This document shows positions 8,740-18,062 of a stretch of 64,000 bases of DNA, in pieces; the stretch's first letter is position 1; every line of letters starts with the position of its first letter. The DNA lies in the NCBI GenBank assembly GCA_902571385.1, contig CACGBK010000004.1:3638-67637 (forward strand). Reading direction: 5' to 3'. The notes beneath the pieces were generated by a model. That model made no database searches. It was not told the origin of the DNA and was given only the letters and a program-made list of their open reading frames with translations. The DNA comes from an uncultured Candidatus Actinomarina sp. (lineage in GTDB: Bacteria; Actinomycetota; Acidimicrobiia; Actinomarinales; Actinomarinaceae). Position numbers and translations under genes: made by a program.

Positions 8740-9839
8740 GTAAGCGTCCAGATTTATTTACTTCTTACCAAAAAGAAATTTCAATATTCCCAAACAATAC
8801 ACAAAAGTTTTGGTTTGTAACACTATTGTTATCTTCGATATATATTTGCTTTATAGCTTCCGACTATTGGATAATCTTGATTACAAATGCACTGCTTGTA
8901 TCTATTGCAGCTTGGGGCTTAAACATAGTTTCAGGTCTTGCAGGTCAGATTAATTTAGCTCATGGTGTATTCGTTGGAATTGGAACATATACATCTGCAG
9001 TATTAGGCGGAGTTGCAACAAGAAGTGTAATTGGGTTTGAGATGGATTTACTAATATGGCTTCCACTTTCAGGAATTGTTGCAGCTTTAATTGGTGTGCT
9101 TATTTCCCCAATCGCTGTGCGATTGAAAGGCCTAAACTTAGGTCTTGTTACTTTAGCTTTTGTGTTTATTGGATCACACTTTTTTTCAAACTTGACTTTT
9201 ATTACAGGAGGTTCTGGACTCGGGAGAAAATCAGCAAAACTAAATATTCTTGGAATTGATTTCAATTCAGGATATGAGATAGGAAATTTTTTAATTCAGA
9301 AAAATCAAATTTTATATTTGATATCTCTACTAGTGACAGTTTTATTAGGGTTAGGTGTCAAAAATCTAGTTAGGTCAAAAACAGGACGAGCTTTTGCAGC
9401 AATAAGGGATCGAGATATCGCTGCTGAGGCATTAGGTATAAATTTGTTCAAATATAAAGCTACAGCTCTTGCAATCTCATGCTTTTATGGAGGTGTAGCA
9501 GGTGCCTTGTTAACTACTACATTTGGTGGTGTTGAGCCAGGTACGTTTAACTTACTTTATTCAATTCTCTTTATTGCGATAGTGATTATTGGTGGAGCTG
9601 GCACAGTTCTTGGACCCCTATTTGGTGCTTTTTTCTATGTACTTTTTCCGGCAATAATTCAGTATGTGGTGTTATCGTCAAACTTGAGTGAACAGGATCT
9701 TTTAATAACGCCTCAGCAAATTGAACGTATAATTTTTGGTCTTTTTATCATATTATTTTTAATATTCGAACCCAGGGGATTATGGGGAATATGGTTTAGG
9801 TTACGAAATTATTTTAAAGCCTGGCCTTTTTCCTACTAA
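8736..9839 (+). CDS. livM: HAAT-family ABC transporter permease, LivM-like
   Basis: Multi-TM protein with LNIVSGLAGQINLAHGVF and RAFAAIRDRDIAAEALGIN motifs. ATGA overlap with livH. Confidence 0.9.
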   Translation: MSKRPDLFTSYQKEISIFPNNTQKFWFVTLLLSSIYICFIASDYWIILITNALLVSIAAWGLNIVSGLAGQINLAHGVFVGIGTYTSAVLGGVATRSVIGFEMDLLIWLPLSGIVAALIGVLISPIAVRLKGLNLGLVTLAFVFIGSHFFSNLTFITGGSGLGRKSAKLNILGIDFNSGYEIGNFLIQKNQILYLISLLVTVLLGLGVKNLVRSKTGRAFAAIRDRDIAAEALGINLFKYKATALAISCFYGGVAGALLTTTFGGVEPGTFNLLYSILFIAIVIIGGAGTVLGPLFGAFFYVLFPAIIQYVVLSSNLSEQDLLITPQQIERIIFGLFIILFLIFEPRGLWGIWFRLRNYFKAWPFSY

Positions 9840-9893
9840 ATTCAAAAACATATAGTAACCTACTTATATTAGTACTAATGATAAGGGGGAAAA

Positions 9894-11294
9894 ATGAAAC
9901 CATTGCGTAAGCAAGGAATCATAATTTTTTCAATTCTAGCCTTAGTTCTTGTTGCTTGTGGTGGAGCTACCGAAGAAACTTCTGAGGAAGAGGTAGTTGC
10001 AGAAGAAGTAACAGAAGCACTTGACTCACCAGCTGTAACAACAGCCGGCACAGTAAAAACAGGTGTTGGAATTACAGAAGAGGCTTGTCCCGAAGTTATA
10101 TCCAACATTCCAACTGGAGCAGATCCAACCAAAGGTTGTATTTATCTAGGAATGTTAAATGACTATTCAGGACCTTTCGGAGCTGCTGGGCCAGCTCTTG
10201 ATATTGGACAAAGAGCATTTTGGCTCTGGGCTAATTCAACTGGTGGAATTGGAGATTATAGTGTGGCAATTCGAGAAGGATTCGATGCGTCATACAATCC
10301 ACAAAAACATTTAGAAGGTTATAACTCATTAAAAGATTCAGTTGCAGCTTTCTCAATGTCACTTGGAACACCGCAGACATTATTTATTTTAGATAATTTA
10401 AATGAAGATGACATGGTAGCAGTACCAATGAGCTGGTGGTCAGGTTGGGCCTATAAGGGCGTAGATGCCTCTACAGTAATTGAATTCGGAACACAATATT
10501 GTGCAGACGGAATGAATGCTATGGATTGGGCATCTGCAAATGCGGGACCTCTAACAGGTGGTTTAGTTGATATAAACACTGTTGGAATTATCGGTTACGA
10601 AAGTGACTACGGTAAGGATTTCGCATTTGGAATCAAAGCAGCAGCAGCAAATGCAGGCGTTGAAGTTGCATGGGAATATTTAGCACCTCCAACAGAGTTT
10701 GATGTAACTCAAGCCGTTGGTTTACTGGTTACAAAACCAGTTGATGCTTATTTCTTAGCAACTGGATTAGCCGTAGCACCTCAAGTTGCTGGTGGAGCAG
10801 CACAACAAGGAGTCACTCCTTTTGCAATGTTCCTCGGAACATCTTACAACGATGCTTTTGTGGCTGAAGGATCAGCTGTAAAAGGTCTATTTGAATCAGG
10901 ACTCATATATGCAATGTCTTTTGGTATTGCACCTTATGAGGCTGACACTGTTGGTCACGCAACAATGAGACAAACATTGGGTCAAATAACCGATAGTGCA
11001 AGCACATTCTTCGTTGGAGGATGGGGTTCACAATATCATCTTAAAGGTGTACTTGAAGGTGCATTAAAAGGTGGAGATCTTACTAGAGCAGGTATTAGAA
11101 GAGCAGCAACAAACGTTACAGTTAGTTCTGACGGTATGATGCCTGAAAAGAAACTAGGATCTGGCTTACCTGATGTTGCAAGTACCATTACAAAACCAGA
11201 CGGAAGTGTTGGTAGTGGAGCTGTCGTAGTTAAAAAAGACTATGTAGGTCCATCCGCTGGCGCTTATGATTGGTCTGTAGGGCCTTGTTCATAA
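9894..11294 (+). CDS. ABC transporter substrate-binding lipoprotein (type I periplasmic binding fold, Liv-like)
   Basis: Signal peptide with lipobox LVAC-GG, an acidic Thr/Glu linker, and a body of about 400 aa. It is the last gene of the transporter operon and is followed by a strong terminator. Confidence 0.8.
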   Translation: MKPLRKQGIIIFSILALVLVACGGATEETSEEEVVAEEVTEALDSPAVTTAGTVKTGVGITEEACPEVISNIPTGADPTKGCIYLGMLNDYSGPFGAAGPALDIGQRAFWLWANSTGGIGDYSVAIREGFDASYNPQKHLEGYNSLKDSVAAFSMSLGTPQTLFILDNLNEDDMVAVPMSWWSGWAYKGVDASTVIEFGTQYCADGMNAMDWASANAGPLTGGLVDINTVGIIGYESDYGKDFAFGIKAAAANAGVEVAWEYLAPPTEFDVTQAVGLLVTKPVDAYFLATGLAVAPQVAGGAAQQGVTPFAMFLGTSYNDAFVAEGSAVKGLFESGLIYAMSFGIAPYEADTVGHATMRQTLGQITDSASTFFVGGWGSQYHLKGVLEGALKGGDLTRAGIRRAATNVTVSSDGMMPEKKLGSGLPDVASTITKPDGSVGSGAVVVKKDYVGPSAGAYDWSVGPCS

Positions 11295-11310
11295 TATAAT
11301 TTGAATAAGT

Positions 11311-11342
11311 AAAAAGAGCCGGTTTATCCGGCTCTTTTTTTA
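11311..11342 (+). terminator. rho-independent terminator after the transporter operon
   Basis: AAAAAGAGCCGG-TTTAT-CCGGCTCTTTTTTT: an 8-bp GC-rich stem (11315-11322 / 11328-11335) followed by a T-run. The flanking A-run makes it potentially bidirectional. Confidence 0.8.
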
Positions 11343-11371
11343 TATATATTGAAATAAATTATCATCAATAT

Positions 11372-12382
11372 ATGAATAAATTTTTCCAAAAAAATAAACT
11401 TTTAAAAATTACTTTTATCACTTATCTAGTTGTTATTTTTCCATTCGGTTTTGCTAAATCAGAATATTATTTTATGTCACCTGGGCCACCATATCAATGG
11501 GATATTGAAATCGAAAATGCCCAAACTTATGAATATGATGGGAATCTTTATCAATTAACTGTTCGAAGAGATGAAGCTAATTATTTTGTATATGTATGGG
11601 CTAGATTAAACAGCCAAATCGATTTATATCCAAGAGAAGTGATTTTACCTGATGGTGTGACACCACAAGAATTATCTGAAATAAGTATGCAAAATATGAT
11701 GACGTCTGAAAATGTTGCAATCGCTGTAGCACTTAATTCTTTAGATTATGACGTACAATCAGAGGGTGACGGAGTTTTGGTTGTAGGCCTACTTGATGAC
11801 TCTCCAGTAAAAGACAAACTTATTAAAGATGATTTAATTGTTTCTATAAACAATCAACTTGTTAGATCAACTACTGAATTCATATCAAAGTTAAGAACTT
11901 ATGAAATAGGTGACTTAGTAAATATTGGGTTAATTAGAAACAATCAAGAAATAACTATCGAAACAAATCTCATAGAACATGTAGAGTACAAAAATGAACC
12001 AATGGTTGGATTTTTAGCTTCCACACCAAATCAACAATTTACTTTTCCTTTTGACGTAGATATTCAGACTGGAAATGTTGGAGGTCCTTCTGCCGGTATG
12101 ATGATGGCTTTAAATGTTTACAACTTACTAACTGAAAATGATATAACTAAAGGAAAAAAAATTGCTGGAACTGGCACAATTGAAATTAATGGATCAATTG
12201 GGCCTGTTGGAGGAGTAAAACAAAAAGTTATTGCAGCAAAAAGAGCTAATGCCGGTTTAATTCTGGTGCCAACTGCTAACTATGAAGAAGCTAGTGTTTT
12301 TTCAGATGAAAATACTGAAATTGTTGCTGTTGATTCTTTTGATAATGCATTAAATGTAATTTTTGACTTTAGTTCACGTTAA
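11372..12382 (+). CDS. PDZ domain-containing Lon-like (S16) serine peptidase, Rv3194c/YlbL-like
   Basis: N-terminal TM segment, a central PDZ segment, and a Lon C-terminal catalytic Ser-Lys dyad (GPSAGMMMAL ... GGVKQKVIAAKRA). Confidence 0.85.
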   Translation: MNKFFQKNKLLKITFITYLVVIFPFGFAKSEYYFMSPGPPYQWDIEIENAQTYEYDGNLYQLTVRRDEANYFVYVWARLNSQIDLYPREVILPDGVTPQELSEISMQNMMTSENVAIAVALNSLDYDVQSEGDGVLVVGLLDDSPVKDKLIKDDLIVSINNQLVRSTTEFISKLRTYEIGDLVNIGLIRNNQEITIETNLIEHVEYKNEPMVGFLASTPNQQFTFPFDVDIQTGNVGGPSAGMMMALNVYNLLTENDITKGKKIAGTGTIEINGSIGPVGGVKQKVIAAKRANAGLILVPTANYEEASVFSDENTEIVAVDSFDNALNVIFDFSSR

Positions 12383-12410
12383 AGACGAAACATAAATACA
12401 ATTAATTGTC

Positions 12411-15230
12411 ATGGTAAATATAGGAAATCTAAATACTAATTCTGAAAGAAGAGGTCTTTCTTTTATTGTCTTTATAGCAATTATTGGATTTTCACTCGCC
12501 AGAGCTATTGCTAATTTTTATACAAACTACTTATGGTTTGATTCGGTAAATTTAGAAAGTGTCTGGGTTAAAATTCTCTTTACAAGATCAGCACTTGTTG
12601 GAGCAACCTCTCTAGTTGCTTTTATATTCATATTTTCAAACTTAAGACTTGCAACAAGAGCGACTCCAGTTATGGATATATTTGAAGCATTTGATTCAGA
12701 AGACCCATTGGCTAGGTTTAGAAATTTTGTAAGTGAAAGATTTGCAAGGTTTAGATTAACTGGGGCTATAGCTCTATCTTTATTTTTAGGAGCAGGTGCA
12801 TCTTCACTATGGGAACAAGTTTTATTATTTTTAAACAGGGAGGGATTTGGCGTTAATGATCCTGTATTTAACTTTGATGTTGCAAGTTACGTATATGGCC
12901 TTCCACTTTATAGACTATTTGTTTCATGGGGATTTCAGTTAGTTACAATAACTTCTTTAGTAGTTGTTTTATATTTTATTGCAACAGGAGCTCTTCAATT
13001 AAGACCTGGAAGATTACCTGAAGTTAGTAGTGGAGCCAAGGCTCATTTATCAGTTTTACTTGCTTTCATCGCCCTTTTAAAAGCTGTAGCTTACAGACTT
13101 GATTCTTTAGAACTTCTTTATTCTCCTAGAGGGAAAGTTTTTGGTGCAAGTTACACTGACGTAGTAGCTCACCTACCCGCACTGAATTTATTAATTCTCA
13201 TTTCATTATTTGGTGCAATACTATTACTTGTAAATATTAGAAGAAGAGGCTGGCTTCTTCCTTCAACAGCAATTGGCTTGTGGTTGGCTGTATCAATTAT
13301 TGTTGGCGGGATTGTTCCAGCAGCAATTCAGAGGTTTAGAGTCGTACCTGATGAGTTGAACAAAGAATTACCTTATGTTGAGGAGCACATTAATTACACA
13401 CGACTTGCATATGGACTTGATTCCATCGAAGAAAGACAATTTCAAGCGTCACCAGATTTATCACAAAATGATATAAACGTTAACACTCAAACAGTTGACA
13501 ATATCCGACTTTGGGATCCAACCGTTTTGGCAGAAACTTATAGTCAGCTCCAAGAAATAAGAGCTTATTATGCTCTTGATGAAGTAGATGTTGACAGATA
13601 CGTGATCGATGGGGAGTTAACTCAGGTCATGGTCTCTGCTAGAGAATTAGATCAAACTAATTTACCTGCACAAGGTTGGGTCAATCAAAAATTGCAGTAC
13701 ACCCATGGATTTGGTGTCGTATTTAGTCCTGCAAATAATGTTGCAAGTCAAGGACAACCAGATTTTTATGTCAAAGGCGTTCCCGCAAATACTAGTGTCC
13801 CAGAGCTTGAAGTTGATCAACCAAGAATATACTTTGGTGAATCAGCTGACTCAGATGACTATGTTGTGGTCAATTCTCTTCAAGATGAAGTCGATTATCC
13901 ACTCTCGACAGAAGGCCAATCTGTTGCTTATACAAATTACTCTGGAGAAGGTGGGGTAAGTATTGGCTCTTTCTTTAAAAGGCTTGGATTTGCACTTCGT
14001 TACAGTGAATTAAACCTTTTGATTTCTAATCAGCTTGGAGATGGCTCGAAACTAATTATGGAACGAAATATCATTAGTAGGGTTAAAAAGGCAGCGCCGT
14101 TTTTATATTCTGACAACGACCCATACCTTGCACTAGTTGATGGCAATCTTTTTTGGATAATTGATCTTTACACATTAAGTGATAGATATCCATATGCTCA
14201 ACCTGCAGATACAACCAGAATAAATGATAGATCTGGACTTCCTATAAATTTCAACTACATTCGAAATTCAGTAAAGGCTGTAGTTAACGCATATGATGGC
14301 ACAATGAAGTTCTATGTATTTGATGAGGACGATCCTTTAATTAAATCTTATTCATCAATATTCCCATCACTTTTTGATAAAAAATCTGATATGTCGGAAG
14401 ATCTACTTAATCACATTAGATATCCGGAAGATCTTTTTACTATCCAGTCAGATATGTATAGAGACTACCACATGAAAGATCCAAGAGTATTTTATGCAGA
14501 TGAAGACCCTTGGGAGATACCTACTGATTCATCTACGACTCCAAGGCTTGCTACTTTAAGAGGTGAGTTCAGTCAGATTGGATTTAAACCAATGCTTCCT
14601 TACTATTTATTGATGTCTTTACCTGGAGAGAGTGATTTAAGCTATTTAATTTTCCAACCATTTAATCCTGAAAACAGACCAAATATGCAATCATTTTTGG
14701 TTGCCGATGCTGACCCAGAAAATTATGGTCAAATTATTGATTTCAAACTACCAAAAGGCGAGTTTGTTGATGGACCATCACAGGTCTCAACGAGAATAAA
14801 TCAAGATCCAGATATATCTCAGATTTTTACTTTATTGGATCAACAAGGATCAAGTGTTATAAAAGGAAATCTTTTTGTAGTACCAATCAATCAATCAGTC
14901 CTTTATTATCAGCCAATTTATCTTCAGGGAGAGCAAAATCCACTCCCAGAATTTAAATTTGTTGTAGTTGTATTCCAAGACCGAATCATCATGGCTGAAT
15001 CTTTAAGTCTTGCTCTAGAGGGAGTGTTTGGTGATCTTGATATAGACATAGATGTAGATTCTGATGACTCAGAAGAGACAAGTGCTATTGACTTATTAAA
15101 CAGAGCAAATCAATTATTTGATCAAGCACAAAAAGCATTAACTGATGGAAATCTTGGTAGATATCAAGATTTGATTATTCAAGTAGAAGAGTTGGTCAAT
15201 AGAGCTATTGAAAGCTTAAATCAAAAATAA
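12411..15230 (+). CDS. UPF0182 family large membrane protein (Rv3193c-like)
   Basis: 939 aa with about 7 N-terminal TM helices and a YTNYLWFDSVN motif, followed by a large soluble domain. Adjacent to the PDZ-Lon gene, as in other Actinobacteria. Confidence 0.8.
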   Translation: MVNIGNLNTNSERRGLSFIVFIAIIGFSLARAIANFYTNYLWFDSVNLESVWVKILFTRSALVGATSLVAFIFIFSNLRLATRATPVMDIFEAFDSEDPLARFRNFVSERFARFRLTGAIALSLFLGAGASSLWEQVLLFLNREGFGVNDPVFNFDVASYVYGLPLYRLFVSWGFQLVTITSLVVVLYFIATGALQLRPGRLPEVSSGAKAHLSVLLAFIALLKAVAYRLDSLELLYSPRGKVFGASYTDVVAHLPALNLLILISLFGAILLLVNIRRRGWLLPSTAIGLWLAVSIIVGGIVPAAIQRFRVVPDELNKELPYVEEHINYTRLAYGLDSIEERQFQASPDLSQNDINVNTQTVDNIRLWDPTVLAETYSQLQEIRAYYALDEVDVDRYVIDGELTQVMVSARELDQTNLPAQGWVNQKLQYTHGFGVVFSPANNVASQGQPDFYVKGVPANTSVPELEVDQPRIYFGESADSDDYVVVNSLQDEVDYPLSTEGQSVAYTNYSGEGGVSIGSFFKRLGFALRYSELNLLISNQLGDGSKLIMERNIISRVKKAAPFLYSDNDPYLALVDGNLFWIIDLYTLSDRYPYAQPADTTRINDRSGLPINFNYIRNSVKAVVNAYDGTMKFYVFDEDDPLIKSYSSIFPSLFDKKSDMSEDLLNHIRYPEDLFTIQSDMYRDYHMKDPRVFYADEDPWEIPTDSSTTPRLATLRGEFSQIGFKPMLPYYLLMSLPGESDLSYLIFQPFNPENRPNMQSFLVADADPENYGQIIDFKLPKGEFVDGPSQVSTRINQDPDISQIFTLLDQQGSSVIKGNLFVVPINQSVLYYQPIYLQGEQNPLPEFKFVVVVFQDRIIMAESLSLALEGVFGDLDIDIDVDSDDSEETSAIDLLNRANQLFDQAQKALTDGNLGRYQDLIIQVEELVNRAIESLNQK

Positions 15231-15274
15231 AAAAGCTTGAGTTAAATAATTTCTTAATTACTATTGATATTCAG

Positions 15275-15351
15275 CGCGGGGTGGAGCAGTTTGGTAGCTC
15301 GCTGGGCTCATAACCCAGAGGTCGTAGGTTCAAATCCTACCCCCGCTACCA
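15275..15351 (+). tRNA. initiator tRNA-fMet (anticodon CAT), CCA encoded
   Basis: Cloverleaf folded by hand. It shows a C1:U72 mismatch, three G:C pairs closing the anticodon stem (CTGGG/CCCAG) and a CTCATAA loop. It is near-identical in layout to E. coli tRNA-fMet. Confidence 0.9.
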
Positions 15352-15353
15352 AG

Positions 15354-15491
15354 CTATCTTATAAACAGATCTATTAAACGCTTTCTACCGGTTGTGGCTG
15401 CAATTAATTTTAAAGTGAATATTCCCATTATCCCTAGAAAGCCAAAGAATCCTAAAAGCAAAATTATTCGCCAAATTATTATTACATCCAT
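15354..15491 (-). CDS. possible small membrane protein (45 aa), unannotated in the ORF track
   Basis: Own translation: MDVIIIWRIILLLGFFGFLGIMGIFTLKLIAATTGRKRLIDLFIR. One clear TM helix and a basic tail. It starts 32 nt downstream of the tlpA-like gene on the same strand. No clear SD. Confidence 0.3.
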   Translation of the reverse strand: MDVIIIWRIILLLGFFGFLGIMGIFTLKLIAATTGRKRLIDLFIR

Positions 15492-15522
15492 AAGTTAATT
15501 ATACGCAGAAACTATTTTTGTA

Positions 15523-16014
15523 TTAACTTACGTAATCAAGAATCATTTCGTATGTCACTGGACCATTAAATGTATGCAATACTTCAAAATTTGGATCTAA
15601 CAAAAGGGTGGTAGGTATGCCGCTCCAAAAAAATTGAGTAATAAATGATTCAATTTTATCCTGTGATAATACATTCTGATAAGTTAGATTTTGTTCAAGG
15701 ATAAACTCCTTGGCATTAGTTTCTGAATCGTCAACTAATAAACCTATGACATAGAAGTTCCCAGTATCGTGTAATTCTTGGAGGTATCCTACTTCTTCTA
15801 TACATGGAGTACACCACGTAGCCCAGAGATTAATAATCACATACGACTCTTCGGCAATTTGAAAATTAGTATCTAAAACTTCATTAATATTCGATAAATC
15901 AATTTTTTGATTGCTTGGGAGAATCTCCTCATCGACAGTTTCATTATCAAAAAATACTGAAACAACTCCAACCAGGACTATCAATGCAATTAAGATAAAA
16001 TTTCTTTTCAACAT
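15523..16014 (-). CDS. TlpA/ResA-like membrane-anchored thiol:disulfide oxidoreductase
   Basis: N-terminal signal anchor and the thioredoxin-fold active site WATWCTPC. Confidence 0.85.
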   Translation of the reverse strand: MLKRNFILIALIVLVGVVSVFFDNETVDEEILPSNQKIDLSNINEVLDTNFQIAEESYVIINLWATWCTPCIEEVGYLQELHDTGNFYVIGLLVDDSETNAKEFILEQNLTYQNVLSQDKIESFITQFFWSGIPTTLLLDPNFEVLHTFNGPVTYEMILDYVS

Positions 16015-16034
16015 AATTTCAATTTAATAAAGAA

Positions 16035-17084
16035 TTGAACATAAAATACATAAGTATGAAATTTGAGAATGTTATTTATCCAGGATTCAATAAAACCTTT
16101 GAGGAACTTGGATGTTTCAATTTAAACAAGAATAAAGAGTTAGAGGTTTTTGATTATTTCAATATTGATTGGGTCCAATCTGCTGTTACTGAAATGATTA
16201 AAGAGATAGATAGCTCTGTTACTTTGAAATTTATAGAGCCAACAACTGATGATATGGCTTCAGCAAGCAAATTGGTCAATGCAGATCTATCTATCGAAGA
16301 TGTAAAGAAAAACTTCAATGTAGGAAAACGAATAATTGGTATTTCCTCTGGAAAAGGTGGAGTAGGGAAGTCAACAATCTCATCATTGGTTGGCATGGGT
16401 TTCGCAAAGCAAGGAAAGAAAGTAGGTATATTAGATGCTGATATTTGGGGATATTCAATACCCAAAATGCTTGGTGCTAAATTTCCACCAATTCCTTTTA
16501 ACAATAGAATTTTTCCATCAAAAATAAATGGCTTAAATGTAATTTCAATGGAATATTTTGTTAAACAGGATGAAGCTGTAATTTGGAGAGGACCAATGCT
16601 CCACAAAGCAATAGAACAGTTTTTGTATGAAGTCTTATGGCAAGATATTGATATATTATTAATTGATATGCCGCCTGGAACAGGGGATGTTTCAATATCA
16701 TTATCTCAATTTTTAAATTTCTATGAAACAATTATTGTTACTACACCTCAAAGTAATGCAACTGCAGTAGCCGAGAGAGCTGGAATCATGTCACAAAAAG
16801 TTAATTCAAGCATTATTGGAGTTATTGAAAATATGTCATATTTAGAAAATGGCAAAGAAAAATTATTTCCTTTTGGACAAGGAGGGGGAGAAGAGCTTTC
16901 CAAAAGACTGAATGTAGATTTTATAGGATCTCTTCCTCTCTACAACAACGTATCTAAATATTCGGAAAGTGGCAATTTGGCTGAATTTGCGTCTGATGAG
17001 AATTTTTCAATCATTGAAAATATGGTGAATGCAATTAACAATATAGCTCCGAAGAAAAAACCTATAAATTTAAAAATTAATTAA
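16035..17084 (+). CDS. apbC: Mrp/ApbC/NBP35-family Fe-S cluster carrier ATPase
   Basis: Deviant Walker A SGKGGVGKST, DMPPGTGD, and an N-terminal DUF59-like region. The track start is TTG at 16035; the ATG at 16056 is an equally plausible start. Confidence 0.9.
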   Translation: MNIKYISMKFENVIYPGFNKTFEELGCFNLNKNKELEVFDYFNIDWVQSAVTEMIKEIDSSVTLKFIEPTTDDMASASKLVNADLSIEDVKKNFNVGKRIIGISSGKGGVGKSTISSLVGMGFAKQGKKVGILDADIWGYSIPKMLGAKFPPIPFNNRIFPSKINGLNVISMEYFVKQDEAVIWRGPMLHKAIEQFLYEVLWQDIDILLIDMPPGTGDVSISLSQFLNFYETIIVTTPQSNATAVAERAGIMSQKVNSSIIGVIENMSYLENGKEKLFPFGQGGGEELSKRLNVDFIGSLPLYNNVSKYSESGNLAEFASDENFSIIENMVNAINNIAPKKKPINLKIN

Positions 17085-17832
17085 TTACTAAACAAATAAT
17101 TCCGAGTAAAAGACAGTAGTATCCAAAATATTGAAGTTTAGAATTTGTTGTGAAATCCACAAGGAGTTTTATTGCAACTAGTCCAGTTATCATTGCAACC
17201 ATTGTTGGAAATATAATTCCTGAATTAAGTTCATAAGACTGAGTCACAAACGTAAGGCCCCAAGCACCAAAAATTGTTGGAATGCCAAGAAGTAAAGAAA
17301 AGTAAATCGCATCTGCTTTCTTCATCCCAAGATACATTGCAGTAATTAATGTGACACCTGAACGGGATACTCCTGGTAGTAAAGCAAACGATTGAGCCAA
17401 TCCAATTAGAAATGCATTATTTACGGTCAAATCTGTAATTGAAAACGATTCTTTGTTATTAATTTTTTCTGAGAATATTAAAAGTATTGAGAATAGGAGG
17501 TAAGAGATTCCTGTTACTAAAAGAATCTGGGGACTTTCATCTATGGTGTTTTGGATTGGAGTAAAGAAACCAACTAAAGCTACTGGTATCACACCTACAA
17601 CTACTACTTTTAGAAAAAATAAAAAAGTTTCAGTACTTTCAAATATTTTTCTTATTCTTATTCTATAAAATATCAAAATTGAAAATAGTGTTCCAATATG
17701 TAGAAAAGCAATATCATTTGTATTTAAATTTATATCTTGGCTTAAAGACGACAATATTACTAAATGACCGCTTGAAGAAATTGGTAAGAATTCTGTTATC
17801 CCCTGTAATACGCCAGTAAAAAATTCAAGCAT
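17077..17832 (-). CDS. uppP: undecaprenyl-diphosphate phosphatase
   Basis: N-terminal GITEFLPISSSGHL motif, the SRSG motif (PGVSRSGVT), and about 8 TM helices. Confidence 0.9.
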   Translation of the reverse strand: MLEFFTGVLQGITEFLPISSSGHLVILSSLSQDINLNTNDIAFLHIGTLFSILIFYRIRIRKIFESTETFLFFLKVVVVGVIPVALVGFFTPIQNTIDESPQILLVTGISYLLFSILLIFSEKINNKESFSITDLTVNNAFLIGLAQSFALLPGVSRSGVTLITAMYLGMKKADAIYFSLLLGIPTIFGAWGLTFVTQSYELNSGIIFPTMVAMITGLVAIKLLVDFTTNSKLQYFGYYCLLLGIICLVIN

Positions 17833-17982
17833 CTATTTTATACTAGCTAAATGCCAGTCGTTGCAATCACTACATTTATAAATATTGAATCGTTGATTAT
17901 ATTCTGATTCAGCCCACCCACGCTCTTTTCTAGCCTCGTTTTCAGACTTAAATCTCTTTTTAGTACAGTTATCAATGATCAT
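17833..17982 (-). CDS. small Cys/His zinc-ribbon-like protein (49 aa), unannotated in the ORF track
   Basis: Own translation: MIIDNCTKKRFKSENEARKERGWAESEYNQRFNIYKCSDCNDWHLASIK, with a C-x30-CxxC-x3-H pattern. Its TAG stop (17835-17833) directly abuts the uppP ATG (17832). Confidence 0.5.
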   Translation of the reverse strand: MIIDNCTKKRFKSENEARKERGWAESEYNQRFNIYKCSDCNDWHLASIK

Positions 17983-18062
17983 TTATCTCAAATACCACAA
18001 TAAATTAAAAATACCTTAATGGAATAAAAACTTAATTTAATTTAAATCGGTAGAATCTAATC

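Noticed and set aside
9894-11294. The substrate-binding protein gene looks noticeably more G+C-rich than its neighbours. I considered horizontal transfer.
   Set aside because: The difference is explained by an Ala/Gly/Val-rich secreted-protein composition, and similar enrichment is seen in other conserved or highly expressed genes (mreB, acn). The gene is embedded in an intact operon with a matching architecture.
13705-13959. Same-strand out-of-frame 84-aa ORF inside the UPF0182 gene, with similar cases at 9056-9259 and 56536-56718.
   Set aside because: These are alternative frames of long, motif-supported CDSs, with no independent RBS or conservation argument.
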